Positions 61,675 through 64,000 of a stretch of 64,000 nucleotides of DNA are shown here, one piece after another (the stretch's first letter is position 1; each line of letters begins with the position of its first letter). The position numbers were made by a program, and so were the translations under genes. The notes beneath the pieces were generated by a model that searched no databases, was not told the DNA's origin, and saw only the letters and a list, made by a program, of their open reading frames with translations. The stretch is from Nemertoderma westbladi (lineage: Eukaryota; Animalia; Xenacoelomorpha), in assembly GCA_032718475.1 (NCBI GenBank), contig JAUCBJ010003286.1, forward strand, positions 19,030 through 83,029, written 5' to 3'.

Positions 61675-63186
61675 ATGGACACTTCGTGTTTAAACGATTC
61701 GATGTCGGACATTGTAACTGTAAGAGAGGTAAACGGCCGACTCATAAATAAACTCAAAGATGATATTTCAGAGGCTGATACGGAATATTACGACCCGAAC
61801 ACCCTGATCACTTATAAGAGTATCAACCCGGACATACACCACCCGCACCACATCTACAGACTATCGTCCCAAGCTTTCGCTCCAGGGGGGGCTGCTGGTG
61901 AGTCACCGTATTGGGGTCTCAAATGGCCGAGCCAACCCCTTGACGACTGGCGTGAATCTCTGAAACACTCAAAATATTTCACCGAGAAACTAGATTGGCT
62001 TCTGGAGATTGCGGTACGAATGTTCGACTTTCTCCCGCGTCATTTAATTCCACGCTCATATCTAAACCAGTTTAAATCTCCCGCTGAAGCTGCGGCTTCG
62101 CTGAGTCAGAGTAACTGTAGACACGGTGAGCCGATCTCGATACAATCGGTAGAGTGGCATCCGCACACTGATCGACTGGCTGTAGTCTCGGAGCACACAG
62201 TTGGTGTCTACCACTACTCGTTGGGCGGTCGGCCTCCTCAGACGTTGAAACATCGACTACAGCGGGACGTGGCGGCCGTTCAGTGGCGACCCTACGCCGC
62301 CTGCGACATCGCGGTGGCCGGCTCGAGCGGCCTCCTTCTGTGGTCCGTAGACCCTGTATCCACAGCGACGCGATCGTCCCCAAACCGCGCGACGCCGCTT
62401 CAGCTGGCGGGACACGCGCCGGTGACGAGCGTCGCGTGGAGCGCGGACGGTCGACTGGTCGCGAGCGCCGCCCTGGGAGCCCGCAGTCTGGTCGTCTGGG
62501 AGACGGACTCGCGGACCCCGGCCCACGTGCTGAGCCGTCCGTGGTCCGCCACGGTCTCCCGGTTGCTATGGTCTCCGGACGGTGGGCGGTTGCTCGCTGC
62601 CACGGTGGGTCGTTCGTTCTCTGTGTGGACGACTCGCCGAGGAGTCCCTTGGGAGCGGGAGGAGTGGTTGCGCCTCCCGGCACGCCTCCATTCCGCCGTA
62701 TGGGCTCCCGACTCCCGACTGCTACTGTTCGCTTCCGTCTCCGACTCCCGTCTCTACTCCCTCCCGTTCTCCCACGACTCCGGACAACGGGAGGCCCTCC
62801 CCTGCTACGACATCTCCCCCGAGGACTACATCGTCTCCATCCGATGGGACCCCTCCTCCCGCTCCCGTATCGCTATCCTCACTCCCCGCTCCCTTCTCCT
62901 CCTCTCGGTTCGCTCCCAACCCACCCTCCAACTCTCCGCAATCGGTATCATCCACACCAACTCGCCCCCGACCTGCATCGCCTTCCATCCCAACCTCCCT
63001 CATTCCGCTCTCCTCACTATCGGCTCCTCCTGCGGTCGGGTCTCCTTCTTCCCAATCCAACTAGACCATTTGGACACCCGGTCGCTAATAGAAACCCCAT
63101 CCGTTGCCAAGGATACAAGTAATTCCGTGATATCCCATTTGTATTCTAGAACTGCGATCGACAATAATTGTAGTTTTTTGGATTGA
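61675..63186 (+). CDS. AAAS: Aladin (WD40 nucleoporin), intronless, ~503 aa
   Basis: WHPHTDRLAV, LKHRLQRDVAAVQWRP...AVA...LLLW, GHAPVTSVAWSADG and LLWSPDG closely match aladin. First ATG at 61675. Confidence 0.9.
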   Translation: MDTSCLNDSMSDIVTVREVNGRLINKLKDDISEADTEYYDPNTLITYKSINPDIHHPHHIYRLSSQAFAPGGAAGESPYWGLKWPSQPLDDWRESLKHSKYFTEKLDWLLEIAVRMFDFLPRHLIPRSYLNQFKSPAEAAASLSQSNCRHGEPISIQSVEWHPHTDRLAVVSEHTVGVYHYSLGGRPPQTLKHRLQRDVAAVQWRPYAACDIAVAGSSGLLLWSVDPVSTATRSSPNRATPLQLAGHAPVTSVAWSADGRLVASAALGARSLVVWETDSRTPAHVLSRPWSATVSRLLWSPDGGRLLAATVGRSFSVWTTRRGVPWEREEWLRLPARLHSAVWAPDSRLLLFASVSDSRLYSLPFSHDSGQREALPCYDISPEDYIVSIRWDPSSRSRIAILTPRSLLLLSVRSQPTLQLSAIGIIHTNSPPTCIAFHPNLPHSALLTIGSSCGRVSFFPIQLDHLDTRSLIETPSVAKDTSNSVISHLYSRTAIDNNCSFLD

Positions 63187-63952
63187 TTTTAATGCGTTTG
63201 TAATTCACCCCGCAATCTATATGCAATTGATATGTGACAGTAAATTGATTTCACTGATTTTGTAAAACAATAATAATTTTCCTATCCAATTAAAGTACAG
63301 AACTAGTAAGCTAGTACAAAACTACTCATATGTAAAGTATTGCGAGTTGCGTCACAGTGTCAGTGTTTGTGTCTCTTCCACAACTGCAACACATTGCATT
63401 ACAATCTTTATGCACTACAATAAGTGTGACACATTGTATTGCAATCTTGTGCACTTTAACAAGTGCGACACCGGGCTTTTCTAACAACCTGCCCTTCAAC
63501 AAACGCTACTTTTTATTGCAACATGGCTGCATTTCTTCTAAGTCAAACTCTTTGCATCATCAAACTCACTACTTGTACTTCTGCAAAATGCGACTCATTG
63601 CAATTGAATCTACACCTCTGGCCTTTTCTAGTCCAGTGGTCGTTTTAATCAAACAATGTTATCTTTAGAAATCGCATAAACATAAAACCGCAAACAATAA
63701 TTAAGAACAGTTGTAATTGCTAGCTTTGTGGATGTTGGCCTTCTAAAACGGTATTTCTCCAATGATTTTTCTTGAGATCTGCACAAAGTTCAATATCGGC
63801 CTAGTAATCTTTTATACGATATCCTGCTTGTATTATTCTAACCAAAACACATCTTACTATTTTTATTTATAATCATACTGTACATTTTGCGTCAAAGTAT
63901 TAGGTGTAACAACAATATACTTTAATGTAATACTGTTATACTTATATACGCC

Positions 63953-64000
63953 ATGGATGTAGTTGTTGTCGGTGCTTGTAACATGGACCTAATATCGTAC
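63953..64000 (+). CDS. RBKS: Ribokinase, N-terminal 16 codons (continues beyond the window)
   Basis: GCCATGG Kozak context; MDVVVVGACNMDLISY matches the PfkB/ribokinase N-terminal VVVVG.C..DL.S motif. Only 48 nt are visible. Confidence 0.75.
   Translation, partial: MDVVVVGACNMDLISY

Noticed and set aside
63187-63952. AAAS-RBKS operon or trans-splicing (acceptor-like AGs shortly before several ATGs)
   Set aside because: Such AGs are frequent in AT-rich DNA and the 766-bp gap can hold a promoter; spliced-leader reads would be needed.

Overview
Animal (probably invertebrate) nuclear DNA; not prokaryotic, with no CRISPR or rRNA. The sequence is AT-rich and packed with repeats. Recognisable genes: an intronless 5'(3')-deoxyribonucleotidase (NT5C/NT5M), two paralogous intronless lysine-rich proteins of unknown family, an intronless Mpv17/PMP22 protein, an intronless ADAP/centaurin-alpha ArfGAP with an unusual coiled-coil N-terminus, an 11-exon serotonin transporter (SLC6A4-like, minus strand), a 2-exon glycogen branching enzyme (GBE1), intronless aladin (AAAS) and the first 16 codons of ribokinase. 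Around and inside these genes are five large tandem arrays (4, 21, 19, 13 and 48 bp units), two CRE-type RLE retrotransposons, RTE fragments, SINEs, Helitron/Helentron-like elements, and hAT and TA-target MITEs. The most striking observations are: (1) a CRE retrotransposon whose reverse transcriptase carries a 192-aa in-frame repetitive insert just before the catalytic YADD; (2) a pair of basic proteins built from a repeat motif I cannot assign to any family, homogenised only over the CDS; (3) near-total intron loss in housekeeping genes next to a SERT gene that keeps human-sized exons. All calls were made by eye; comparisons with human genes are from memory, and no database searches were run.
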